A program made the translations under genes and the position numbers. From contig CM120645.1 of assembly GCA_051362555.1 (NCBI GenBank), positions 1,426,001 through 1,490,000 on the forward strand: a stretch of DNA of 64,000 nt. The letters run 5' to 3'. The notes under the pieces are model-generated. The model searched no databases, had not been told where the DNA came from, and saw only the letters and a program-made list of their open reading frames with translations. Source of the stretch: Lingula anatina. Its lineage: Eukaryota; Animalia; Brachiopoda. Positions 25,997-36,912 of this stretch are shown here, in pieces (position 1 is the first letter of the stretch; each line of letters opens with the position of its first letter).

Positions 25997-26890
25997 GTGT
26001 ATTACAAAACAACAGACACAAAACAATATCTCCCTTTTAACTCGTGTCATCCCAGACACATTAAGCACAACATACCATACAATCTAGCTCGAAGACTATG
26101 CACAATTGTCTCAAATGAAACCATATTAAAACAAAGGCTCAAAGAGCTGGAAGGATTCCTATTAAGGAGACAATACCCAAGACAACTGATACAAAATGGG
26201 ATTAAAAAGGCAAAACAGATACCGAAGAACGACCTGAGGACCACCAAAGACAAAATTAAAAAGAAAGCCATACCATACATATCAACATATAATCCAAAAA
26301 ATCCGGAAGTACACAATGTCATATTTGGAAACTTACCTTTGGTAAAACAAGATGACAAAATGAATGAGATACTAACCGAAATGCAGATTATAAAGAGTAA
26401 GAGACAAAGTCCATCACTAAAGCAAATTTTAACAAAAGCAAAATTTGAGAACAATTCCAGGACAAATGTGGAAACCTCAACAATACGAGTACAGAAATGT
26501 GAGGTACCCAGGTGTGGCACCTGCCCACTAATTAAAGAGGGGAGCCATCTAACATTTAAAAATGGACTTACTTTTAGAATTAAACACCCATTCACCTGCA
26601 CTAGCTCAAGTTTAATTTATGTTTTAACTTGCAGTGGATGCGGTGAGAACTATATAGGACAAACTGGAGACACTCTCCGACATAGAATGACCGTTCACAG
26701 ACAACAAATAAGACAACCTAAATATCAGTGCACGTCTGTGAGTGGGCATATTAGGGAATGCCCTATGAACAAAAACAAGGACTTCACGGTATTCCCATTT
26801 TATAAATTCACTAGGGAAACAACCCAAACAGAAATGGAAATGAAAGAAAATCTATTCATTAATAAGTATAAACCTACATTGAATAGATAA
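25997..26890 (+). CDS. Penelope ORF fragment: RT thumb + GIY-YIG endonuclease
   Basis: VYYKTTDTKQYLPFNSCHPRH, a CxxxxCxxC linker and LIYVLTCSGCGENYIGQTG..LRHRM..H. No ATG, so 5'-truncated. Confidence 0.88.
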   Translation: MYYKTTDTKQYLPFNSCHPRHIKHNIPYNLARRLCTIVSNETILKQRLKELEGFLLRRQYPRQLIQNGIKKAKQIPKNDLRTTKDKIKKKAIPYISTYNPKNPEVHNVIFGNLPLVKQDDKMNEILTEMQIIKSKRQSPSLKQILTKAKFENNSRTNVETSTIRVQKCEVPRCGTCPLIKEGSHLTFKNGLTFRIKHPFTCTSSSLIYVLTCSGCGENYIGQTGDTLRHRMTVHRQQIRQPKYQCTSVSGHIRECPMNKNKDFTVFPFYKFTRETTQTEMEMKENLFINKYKPTLNR

Positions 26891-26980
26891 AAGCATTGGT
26901 AAAAGTAACAATTAAACACCCATTGTTACAGACGTCACATTTTAGCCTTTATGACATCACCTAGTAACAAATAAACAAAA

Positions 26981-27011
26981 CCCCCTGAAGAAAGAAAGAA
27001 ACCGGTCGGGG
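26981..27011 (+). ncRNA. Minimal type-I hammerhead ribozyme-like motif in the Penelope pLTR
   Basis: cccc-CTGAAGA-aagaaa-GAAA-ccgg-TC-gggg: stem I cccc/gggg, both core boxes, palindromic stem III and a GUC site. Stem II does not pair. A variant copy is on the minus strand at 25870-25901. Confidence 0.6.
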
Positions 27012-27091
27012 CAAAAATAGTTGCTGTTCTTTTGTTCTTTTTTTCTTTTATTTATATATAATATTACTCGAACAGGAAAAAACGTTTTTAC

Positions 27092-27132
<41 letters not shown>

Positions 27133-29038
27133 CAAAGTCACAGTCACCTCACCCTGTCTATCGAACTCCATCACATTTACAGCAACTTATTCATCCTAGC
27201 TGACCTTGCAAGGAATTAAGTTTATTGGAATGTATTTCTGAATAACAAGTTAAGAAAATTCACTAGTTAACTAAAGACATAAAACAACTATCAATTTTAC
27301 TTTAAAACCATTTTGTTATTATATTGATAAATTTAGTTACAGTATTGATTAACAAAGTATCACGTTTTCAATAATTAATATTTTAAATCATAATCCATAA
27401 CTGCAAGGTTGTGTCATTGACCAAAATACAACGTTGAGTCAACGTCACATTATGACGGTGTTTCGACGTGGCTGGATCAACGTTGTTTTACTTTGAATTT
27501 AGGTAGATCAACGGCAATTCAACGTATCAACCTGTTTTCAACATTGATCCAACGCAACTATGCCTGCTGGGTTTTCCACTTCTTTTTGACAATCAGAAAC
27601 AGTCGGCACATTTATGCCACTTGGCCCTGGCACTTCCTTACCCTCTTCTCCATCACTTATGCACACATCTGTTGTTGGTAGCTCAGGTTCTCTAGAGCCA
27701 AAATAAATTTTAATTCTATGTACAGTTACCCTTTCCTTAAATTTTATTTATTATATCCATCCGAGATAACCTATAATAAAAAGACGACACTGTTCAATAT
27801 TACTTACATCATTGAAAAAAATATGTGGATATAATCTTTAACAAAACGCCAAATAATTCAATATTTATGGTGAAGAAAATTAAAAATTCCTCTTTATCTC
27901 CCAAACATTAGATAAAAAGGGGAAAACCGAGTCGATGCATGGATGGACGTATTATACGCAAAGACAACATCCCCCAAAACTTCGTCCCAGTGGTGATCAT
28001 CCTGGTATACTTTAACAGCATGTCCTTCATGGTTTGGTTAAAACGTTCTGGAAAAAAGGATAAATCATAAAATTCATCCAATACATAAATGTTATAGAAG
28101 AACATTCACTCATCTCACCAAACTGAAAACTTGTATAGAAGGCATGATAAAGTATGTACCTGTATTATATAAAATGGCCAATCTAACCCTTACCTAAATT
28201 GTGGGCTAAAATAAGTGACAATATATGGCATTACAAACATGTATAAAATGTGTTTATTAAAGAATATCAATAAAACATACCAGTGGGACCATTGCATTGA
28301 GGATGGTAAGCTGTGGTTCTCTTGTGTTTAATTTTGAGGGATGTGGTTATGGAATGTAACCAATTGTTGTTAAACTCCCTTCCCTGGTCAGTTCACATTT
28401 CCTTGGGAAATCCTAAGCCGAAAAAAAAACACTTGATCATGATTGTTCAGTTAACAACTCACTCTGTATGAGATTTTGCGGATATATTACTTTATAATGA
28501 CATATGACATGAAGTAAGTATTATTTTAGTTAATTATATAAATCAATAACTTACACATATAATGGTGCAATCAATCGATGTTTATGAATCAATCTTAATA
28601 TGCCTAAAATGCGACACTTACGTAAAAACAGTTCCAAAAGAAAACTGGCCACACCTGTCGCCTCCTTACTGGGCAATGCGCGTGCCTGGGCCAGTTTGCT
28701 ATAATAGCACATAACAGTGCATGCATATGCATTGCCCGTTTTGGTCTGAGGCATGGGTTCAATGCCAATCTATAAAAATTAAAAAAACAATATTTCATTT
28801 TTGATTTAACTCTAAATTTGTAGAATTTAATTGTTTAAATAACTGCAAAATTAAAGACATCTGATTTCCAAATCTTAAGATTTATATCTTTAAAAGGTAT
28901 AGTGATAAAAATATGATTTTTTCTATATCAATGTTACTGATAAAAATGACTAGATTATTAGATGAATAGGTATGTCTTGTTTACCATCCTCCACGCCTCA
29001 GGCTTATGCACGGCTATGGGGTTAAGCGGTGGACAGCC

Positions 29039-29039
<1 letters not shown>

Positions 29040-29089
<50 letters not shown>

Positions 29090-29103
29090 CTTTTTTTTTT
29101 TTT
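29040..29103. repeat. Poly(T) tract
   Basis: Seen directly. Confidence 0.95.
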
Positions 29104-30189
29104 GTTTGTTTGTTCATTCGTTGACATATGTCACATTTTTAGAGGAATTTTTTAATATCGTCAACTATGTTGGGCCAAAAAAAAACTTTTCTCAACTTTG
29201 ACAAGAGTTTTGCCCCAACCTACATGACCACCTAAATTTTAAACAAAGTAATTGAAAGTAATCGCTTTTGATACACACTTAAATATTTTCAGTGTCAGGA
29301 ATAAACGATAAAAAACAAAGAATTTGATTTTGTGGTAACTGATATTTTTAATCAATAATTAAAATAAATATTTACCAATGGGGGATGCATGAAGTGTTTC
29401 CAAAACTTTCTCTACTTCCTCTCCGTCCCTTACGACTATTCGCCAAAGTTGATCATCATGACCATCACCATAACTGCATTGTCCTTCATCCGAGACGCTT
29501 TCACTTTCCTCTTATTTACTTTATAAAATAGCTTGCCATGTTCAATCGGAAATGATTATTACACTATTATATATATTAATAAATTAAAATTAATGACAGA
29601 ACCTTTCTTCTGTAAGTAAAGTTTGACTGAGAAAAGCAATAATAAGTATTTGTCCTCGGACCCAAAATCCTAGAGGGAGTGGTCCCCCAGACCTAAAATC
29701 CCTTAAATTGTAGTCCCCCGGACCTTAAATACCAGAGATTGTAGTCCCCCGGACACTTATTCCGGGAGCATAGGTCTGACGGACTTACATTACTGGGAAT
29801 GAATGTCTGTGTGTAAGCTAATATTGGAAATGATTTGTATTTTGAACATCATGAAAATTAACTGTAATTGAAAGCTTACTTTATAATTCGACTTGCTAGT
29901 TCTTCGAATTACTCTTTCTGTGTCGGTGTTGTGCCTATCGGATGTGTGCCCTCTTGAAGGTATTAAAATATAACATCTATGTTGGGTCTAGTACGGGTGC
30001 TGTTCGTCCCTTACATGTCCAAAGTCAAGTGAGGGTATGGTATAAGAAAATGAGCGTATTTATAGAAGTGCAAGAAAGCGCGTGACATATGTAACCAGTC
30101 AAAACCATCTGACGTAGCAAAGTAAAATGACCAGCAAACATGACAAAGACATAAAAATCACGCAAATTCTAAAAGCGCAAACTCAGTCT

Positions 30190-30281
30190 TAAAGGGATTC
30201 GAACTCCCTTCAGATTACTCTAAGATTCTGTTCAAGGTGTACATTGTTGTACTGCCTAACCCCTACGCCAGAGAGACTGGC
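30190..30281 (-). other. tRNA-like Pol III A/B-box sequence (SINE head or tRNA relic)
   Basis: Minus strand reads TGGCGTAGGGG (A box) and AGTTCGAATCC (B box); no clear cloverleaf. Confidence 0.5.
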
Positions 30282-30896
30282 ATAGAGACAACTGGCAAAC
30301 CGACGATTTTACGGAGTAATTATATATGCTCACTAAGGCATACTAGTCACGTCACTGGCCTTTACCTCGTAGTGATATAAAAGGACGGACATAAAATAAG
30401 GGCAGACCTCCATTTCGCTGACTAATGTAAACGGAATGCAGGTCCGCCAGGAATAGAAGTCCTATCCATATTTATGACAGGAATACAGGTCCCATTAGGA
30501 CTACTAATCCTAAGGAACAGTGGTCCATAGGAATGCCGCGAACCAGAGGAAATGTGATTGACAATTACATTAGTAATATATACATGTATAAGTAGAACAA
30601 CCAACATTTACACTTTACCAGTGTCACAGATAATTTAAAATTAAAAAAATTAAATAGATTTTCAAAGATACTGGTCTTTGGTTAAAACTATGTACTTTTC
30701 TGTTCTGTGACCCAAAGCTGAAATCAAAGCAATAATTAAAACCAGGTTGTCAAGTAAAATATGCACAAATCAAAGTTCTTCCAGTTCTGAATCTTATTGT
30801 TAAATGCGAGTAATTTGATCCATCTTATAATCAGCCTTTGGTACCTTATTGTACACTGTACCTTTTTACACACAAACACGCATTATAAATCTGTAC

Positions 30897-31052
30897 CTGC
30901 TCTGGGTCCCACATCAACACTGATAGCAGTAGACTCTGTACATATAGTCTGTGTAATTTCCTCTTCTGTTGATGATGGACTCAGATGCTGAGTCTCCACT
31001 ACTTGGCTGACACCTACCATCGATGAAGGTGTGTGTGGCGGATTTGAAGCCA
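30897..31052 (-). CDS. Exon 5 of the NLR-like gene: S/T-rich linker
   Basis: cag acceptor at 31053-31055 and gtacag donor at 30896; 156 bp, phase 1-1, open frame VASNPPHTPSS...VGPRA. Confidence 0.72.
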
Positions 31053-31736
31053 CTGATTGGATGAAATACAATAGAAAGAAGACTAAGGATTACATAGCAT
31101 TATTTTTCTGGAGGATGAAGGAGGATTATCATATTGGGTTGCTTCCACTTTCAATGTTGAAAATAAAGCGGTGACCTTCTGTGGTTTAGAAACCACTTTT
31201 TGAAAAATGAGAGTTAGCTCCTTTTGTCTTCAGGTTTTTTTTATTCCACGAATGCCTACTCGTCAATTATCAAATTAATGTGCCATTTATAGAAATTTAG
31301 AAAACAAAAACCTGATGGGTGTTGAATCTGAAGCTTAGAGAACAATTACCAGAATTGTGCGAAAGTTGATAAAAGTATGAAACTTTCTACAATGAATGAT
31401 CATTGGGTGATTGTCAGCTTTGGATACCCCCTGTAGGGCCGAAATTTATAAGTACCTGGATGAGCGGCTTTAATATGCTGGGTCAGCTTCTTTGTACATC
31501 CAGATTTCACCGAAACGAGCACTACCCTCGTTAATTATGATAATTAGCCGCCTGATTAATATACTATTAAACAATGTCGAGGTATATCAAATGTTCGGCA
31601 TAAACAGCAATTGAATTTCGTAATTGCGCCACTTCCTCACAATAAAAGCGTGTTTTCAATCCATTAAACAGATGTTTGGAGACAAGAATTATAAAAATGG
31701 ACGTGCACCTTTAATCATTATTGGTATTAAACATAC

Positions 31737-33384
31737 CTGGAACTAAAACGGATGCCCCTTCTTTCCGGAGTTGTACAAACTTTGTAAGTTTCTCAGACCA
31801 GGAGGTTAGCTCAGGGTAAAAGTGTTTTCCCCGGGGAAGGTAGACACAGCAGTGTTCTTCGCAGAGTCCAAAACACCAGATGACGAACCCCAATGTGAGT
31901 TGACTCTCTGAAAAATCTTGTTTTGGGAAAGAATATGCAGGTATTGTCTTCCGTGCCACGTGTGTAGCCCAGTTTAAAACTACTGTAGTTGCACTGTAAG
32001 AGAGCCCACACAAAAATAGCAGCACTAAGTCCATGTCATAGAGCTTGTCAAGGGTGTCTAAACTTTCCAAAAACATATCTAAAACGCTGTTGTCTGTATC
32101 TAAAGTCCACGCCAGGTATTTTGCAGCAAAAAACTCTTGAAAGGTTCTGTGCAGAAATGTCACTTCACATTTAATATCGAGGTTGTGGTGTACCTTTGAT
32201 ATGCTGAGGAGACCTGATCTGTACAATTCGCTGACATTAGGGATTGTCTGCAGGTCCTTTTCATCATATATGAGACCCCTATCTGGTTTCACCAGCCCGT
32301 CGTAAGCCAGTTTTCCAAGGCTGATAAAGGTTTGTTCTTCAAATTTTCTAAAACGAGCAGATTCTCCCATTTCATCCTGTTTCCTAATGTTATATCTTTG
32401 TCTTAAAAGCAACTGTATTATTTTCTTGTATAGTAGTGTATATGAAGTTGGCAATGAATCTGTCTGGGCATCGCTTTTTTTATCTTGCCACATGAGACAG
32501 ATGAACAGTAGATGTATTGGGATCTTCACCAGAGACATCAGCTCATTTTCTACTATGTAGCCTACAAGACCCTTCCCTATTGACTTCAAAACACCCGGAC
32601 TCCTAGAACAGGATCTCTGGCCTGACGTCAGTTTCAGGTACTTGTCATATGTCTTTTGATCATCAAAGAATTTAGAAATATATTCAGCAATGTTGTCCAA
32701 TGTCAGCCCAATGATATCATACAAACCGTCTATTATTCGTGGGTTCATTAGTCGTTCTGCCTTCCAAGGACGTGTTGTGATGATGGTGCATACATCCTGG
32801 TATCGTCTGCGGTGAATGATGTCTGTGATTTCTTTGGAAGTGTTGATATCATATTCATCATAGCCATCAAAGACCAATAGAACATGGTCACTGTCATAGT
32901 CTAGGGCCTGCATGACTTCATTTATCACTGCTTTCCTTTCTGCAAAACAAGGAATTTGCATTTCCATTGCTTCCTTCAGTGTCTGATGAGGCAGAATCCT
33001 ACGCAGATTCAAAATTAAAAGGTATTTAAAGTTTGAAAATACTTCATCACATTCTTTTAAACCCAGTGTATCATTTGCCCAGTCTGTTGCCATCTTTTGT
33101 GTAAATGTGGTTTTGCCGGTGCCTGCTTCTCCTTTGACCAATATTCTTTTTGGCATTTTTCCTTGTTTGGTATCTTTAAACATTGAAGTGTAGCTCTGGA
33201 TTGGAACAAAATTGGCACCTTCAGGTCTCCTTTCCTCTCTTACCCACTGCAGGTTAACATACACGTCATCTAAGTGCTCGGTGTCGTCGGGGTCCCACGG
33301 AAGACGCTGTATCTCGCTCAAGTGACGGATGTAGAATTCGGCTAGTTGCTTGTTTTTTGACTCTGCAGGACTCGTTTTAGGCAC
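31737..33384 (-). CDS. Exon 4 of the NLR-like gene: NACHT NTPase with HD1, winged helix and HD2
   Basis: Walker A GEAGTGKTT, Walker B LLVFDGYDE, sensor-1 ITTRP and winged-helix FLHRTFQEFFAA. Acceptor ttttaag (phase 0); donor gtatgt at 31736 (phase 1). Confidence 0.95.
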
Positions 33385-34414
33385 CTTAAAATAGATAACA
33401 CATCCAAGGTTTTATATTTAGCTAGGTAATATAAGAGGCAAAATGCAACCTTCAACTGAAATGAAAGGCATTATATTGCTCGCGCCGTGTTTTTATTTCA
33501 AATAATGTTGGAAAAGTATAGGGACAGGCAACATTTATTATGAAAATCTAAATAAGATATATTTCAGTGGAAACATGTATAATGTACACCGTATATCAAA
33601 ACCAAATAAAAGTTAAATAAAACATTGCCACACAAATGCTAATTACAACAATATAGGTAGGTGATTTAACATAAAAAGTTGAATAATAAACCTCACTGAA
33701 CTGAAACTGAAACATTTTGCTTTATCCGTCCCTGTACTCATCATGAATTACTAGCACAAGTATACAGGAGCCTCTGTGGATACCCCCCCCCCCCACCACC
33801 ACCACCACCCTCCCGGGGTCCCAGGGAAGACGCCGTATTTGACTCATGTATTTAATGCAGAAAGTTTTTACTACTGCAAGCAGTTGGACTAATTGCAGGT
33901 GCCTGAAAATCGGTTAATGAATTAAAAATAAAAGGCTGCATATGAAATTTTATATTTTCATTATTATTATTATTATATTATTATACCTGCTTAATGTGCC
34001 CTTACTTGAGATGAAAAAAGTCAGAAAGCAATAGTAGACTGGTGGGATAAGGTAAAATATAAGTTATTATCTTCAAGATAATTTGAAAAGCTCAATAAGA
34101 TATGTCAATATAAGCTTAATCACAGTACAACACAAATGAAAAAATTGGGTAAATCAACAAAAATACATGACCGGTCTTAATATAAATAAGTTTTAGAATA
34201 ACATTGATTGAACTTCTGCAATGCAATATAGCACACGTCCAAATGCATAGGGTCCAATACACTAGTACATACGGACTTATCATCAACATGCTAGTATATG
34301 ATCTTGGAAAAGTGGGCAAAACGACGAGGAGAGTTCTAACGTACATAATGTTTAACATTATCATTTAGACATAAGTGCTGAGAACACAGTAAAGGAATAA
34401 AGTTCTGAGCGTAC

Positions 34415-34452
34415 CTGATAGGTGGTATCTGGTTTACTTTTTTGTTTTTTGC
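34415..34452 (-). CDS. Exon 3 of the NLR-like gene (38 bp)
   Basis: ttttgcag acceptor and gtacgc donor; phase 1 in, phase 0 out, which is what is needed to join exon 2 to the NACHT exon. Encodes GKKQKSKPDTTYQ. Confidence 0.65.
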
Positions 34453-35280
34453 CTGCAAAAGAAAATTATTCTGTTGAAATAGCATCAATACATGCACAAA
34501 CTCCACATGCCAACGCCACGTAACGTTTTCAGTTCACACACACCGATAACTGGTAATTTGTTATTTAAAATGGTTTGCCATTGTGTATTCTTCAATATGA
34601 AAAAAATTTAACTTGTCGATCATTTTACTGCTATCAAACCATTACTTTCGTACCCCTTGTATATACACCGTTTAAATGGATATAATTATGATATGATAAC
34701 ATGACGATCATCACATATTCTGGACTCTGCTAAACTGCAATCAAATTCTCCAGTGTGGAATTGCAAATCCTGTACAACTATGAAAGAGAGAATTGCGTGC
34801 AAATTTACAATGTGATCAAAAGTTAAACAACAGATTGATTATTTCACACACACACCCCAGTGTCAAGGTCATTATTTGAAATGCCAAAGGGGCTGTGTAG
34901 TTTTCTTGCATATTCCATAAATATTTAATTCGATTGACGAACGAGAACGAGGCCAAGGAGGAGACAACGACCGTAAGAGAGCTCCTAGAATTTCTTACAA
35001 ATTCAAACAATCGGTAAGAAATATTACAGCTATGGATACATAAATGTGTGAATACTAACTGTCTCCTGCGAATGGAAGCTGTTTAGCTGACTTGGTTTTT
35101 GTCATCAAGCTTTATTTTGACATTGATCATAACGTATACCATAACTATACAACTGACAATAGATCGTGACAAGTGCGCTTCAATACAGGTGCATCGGTGA
35201 GTACTGCTCACCGGATAAACAATAGTTTCAAGTCAGCCTTATTGCCTCGAAAACACATATCTCTCTCTATATATATCACA

Positions 35281-36216
35281 ATGAGCTCAAATAATAAATC
35301 AAAATACTTTGATACGATCAAAGATTCAAAGAGCTCTATGACAGACCGAATGAAAACCACAGCTGACAAGAAATCCACCAGTCAGCCAGCAAAAAGATCC
35401 CATAGTGAGGTTTCTAACACAAGTACAGAAGAAACATCTTTGATTTTGATAAAGCTAGACGAAATAGAATCTGAAATCAAAAATACTGTAAAAACAAATG
35501 ATCTAAAAGATATTGTGCAAGAAATGGTCACGGAAACTGTCACTAAACTTTTACTTAATTTCAAAGACGAAATCGGGACAAATCTTGAAAAATTAGAAGA
35601 CAAGCATAAATTAGATATTGGAGAGCTAAGGGAAAGAATCGATTCACTGGAATTGGAAAATGACGCTCTCCGAGAACAGCTAGCGGGAAAAGAAAAGTCT
35701 CTCAGAAAGCTCACGGAAACAGTGGAGCAAGCAAACTATGCGTCAAACAATGCTATCAAAATGGCGAACTATAATGAACAATATTCCCGGAAAAATAACA
35801 TAAAAATCTACGGGGTGATAGAGAAGGAACATGAAAACACTCGGGATGTTGTGTGCAAGGTGCTTAAGGAACAGGGAGAAGTACAGATAACGGCTGATGA
35901 CATCACGGCGGTGCACAGAATTCCCGGTCGGCAAGGGTCTCCCCGGCCAATTCTAATGCATGTTAAAAACACGGAAATCAAGGTACGTATAATGCGGAGT
36001 AGATCTACCTTGAAAAGTCATGACAAAGGTGTTCGGCTGGCTGACGATATCACCAAGCTAAACGCTCAATTACTGCAGCGCCTAAAGGAAAACGAGCAAA
36101 TTGAACAGTCGTGGTTTTATAATGGGAGCGTGTACGGTAAAGTGAAACACACTGGCCAGAGAATGAGATTTTCTATTGACGATGACATTGACAAGAAAGT
36201 TAAAATAAGAAAATAA
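35281..36216 (+). CDS. LINE ORF1p (coiled coil + RRM-like + CTD)
   Basis: ATG at 35281; coiled coil followed by EQYSRKNNIKIYGV, HRIPG..PRPIL, DDIT and WFYNGSVY motifs typical of L1-like ORF1. Confidence 0.9.
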   Translation: MSSNNKSKYFDTIKDSKSSMTDRMKTTADKKSTSQPAKRSHSEVSNTSTEETSLILIKLDEIESEIKNTVKTNDLKDIVQEMVTETVTKLLLNFKDEIGTNLEKLEDKHKLDIGELRERIDSLELENDALREQLAGKEKSLRKLTETVEQANYASNNAIKMANYNEQYSRKNNIKIYGVIEKEHENTRDVVCKVLKEQGEVQITADDITAVHRIPGRQGSPRPILMHVKNTEIKVRIMRSRSTLKSHDKGVRLADDITKLNAQLLQRLKENEQIEQSWFYNGSVYGKVKHTGQRMRFSIDDDIDKKVKIRK

Positions 36217-36912
36217 AACATTAAACCAAATATATTTTGATTAAAAACGAATATATGATGAGTTACATTTCATTCTCCTTCTATACAAATATGCTTTATT
36301 ACTTAAGGAGGAGATTGGATCTAGTGGAAACTATATGAATTCTCTCTTGATACTGGTATGTGATATATTGTTTAGTAGTTTACGTACCCCCTTGAATACT
36401 GCTACAGTCTGGAGGTACGCCTGTGCCAGTGGTATAGAAACTATATGTCATTTCTCTAGATTACTATGTGTTTACTGTTTTACCTCTCTGAAAGACCTGA
36501 TATATATGAAACTTAGTGGATGTATGTAAAAGAGTAACGGATGGCTTTACTGCTGCCTGAACTCATTACGTCAATTCTTAAAAAAAAAAATATCTACATA
36601 TACGAAAATGAGATTGTGTAAATATTGGATAATTACATGAACATTGTTTTTTGCAGAGACAGAGGGGTTTTCCTGTTTGTACTGTATGTAGTCATGCTAT
36701 CATTCGCAGGATAGGCAACAGCTGTCCGAAGAGGGGGCCTCCTGATATATGTGTTTACCACTCAGTGTTGTACCTTTAATGTTTGTCTGTGGTGTCGATT
36801 TGTGTGAATGGGTGAATGTATGTGTTTATAATTACGTGTTGATAATGCCTAGACTACTTGCGGAAGTATCGTCCTTTTTATTGGTTAAATATTTGTTATT
36901 AGATTCTAAGTA

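Larger units (their letters stand above)
25838..27055 (+). mobile_element. 5'-truncated Penelope-like element with inverted pseudo-LTRs, inserted in (TA)n
   Basis: About 150-bp inverted repeats (25838-25988 and 26894-27050) flank a GIY-YIG ORF; (TA)n on both sides. Confidence 0.9.
25297..27571. mobile_element. CMC/EnSpm-like non-autonomous element (caacgttg-rich), enlarged by a Penelope insertion
   Basis: Termini CCCAGC...GCTGGG with tt on both sides; same family as 57178-57940 and 58328-59292, in the opposite orientation. Confidence 0.8.
23619..30545 (-). mobile_element. Degenerate intron-containing Ginger (Gypsy-like integrase) DNA transposon; termini approximate
   Basis: Spliced integrase relic: YLQEGTHP..VIRR (about 29880-29965), IEHGKLFY..LHASPL (29376-29546), PQTKTGNAY..ALPSKEATGVASFL (about 28621-28769), TDQGREF..TTAYHPQCNG (28281-28412), ERFNQT..FAYNTSIHASTRFSPFYLMFG (about 27900-28047), NIRKAQ..YDARH (about 25172-25296) and RKGGKQEDPWLGPY (about 24061-24219). 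Stops and frameshifts present; no RT or gag. CCGG|TGT at 23615-23621 may be a terminus. Confidence 0.8.

Noticed and set aside
23456-29895. 12-bp inverted repeat caagtcgaatta / taattcgacttg as TIRs
   Set aside because: No TSD, and the right copy lies inside the Ginger first exon; probably chance.
29880-29955. Possible extra exon of the NLR-like gene
   Set aside because: The phase-1 reading hits TAA, and the peptide fits the Ginger N-terminal YP motif and splices in phase to the next Ginger exon.
36217-36912. Ribozyme in the LINE inter-ORF spacer
   Set aside because: No convincing hammerhead or HDV-like core found by eye.
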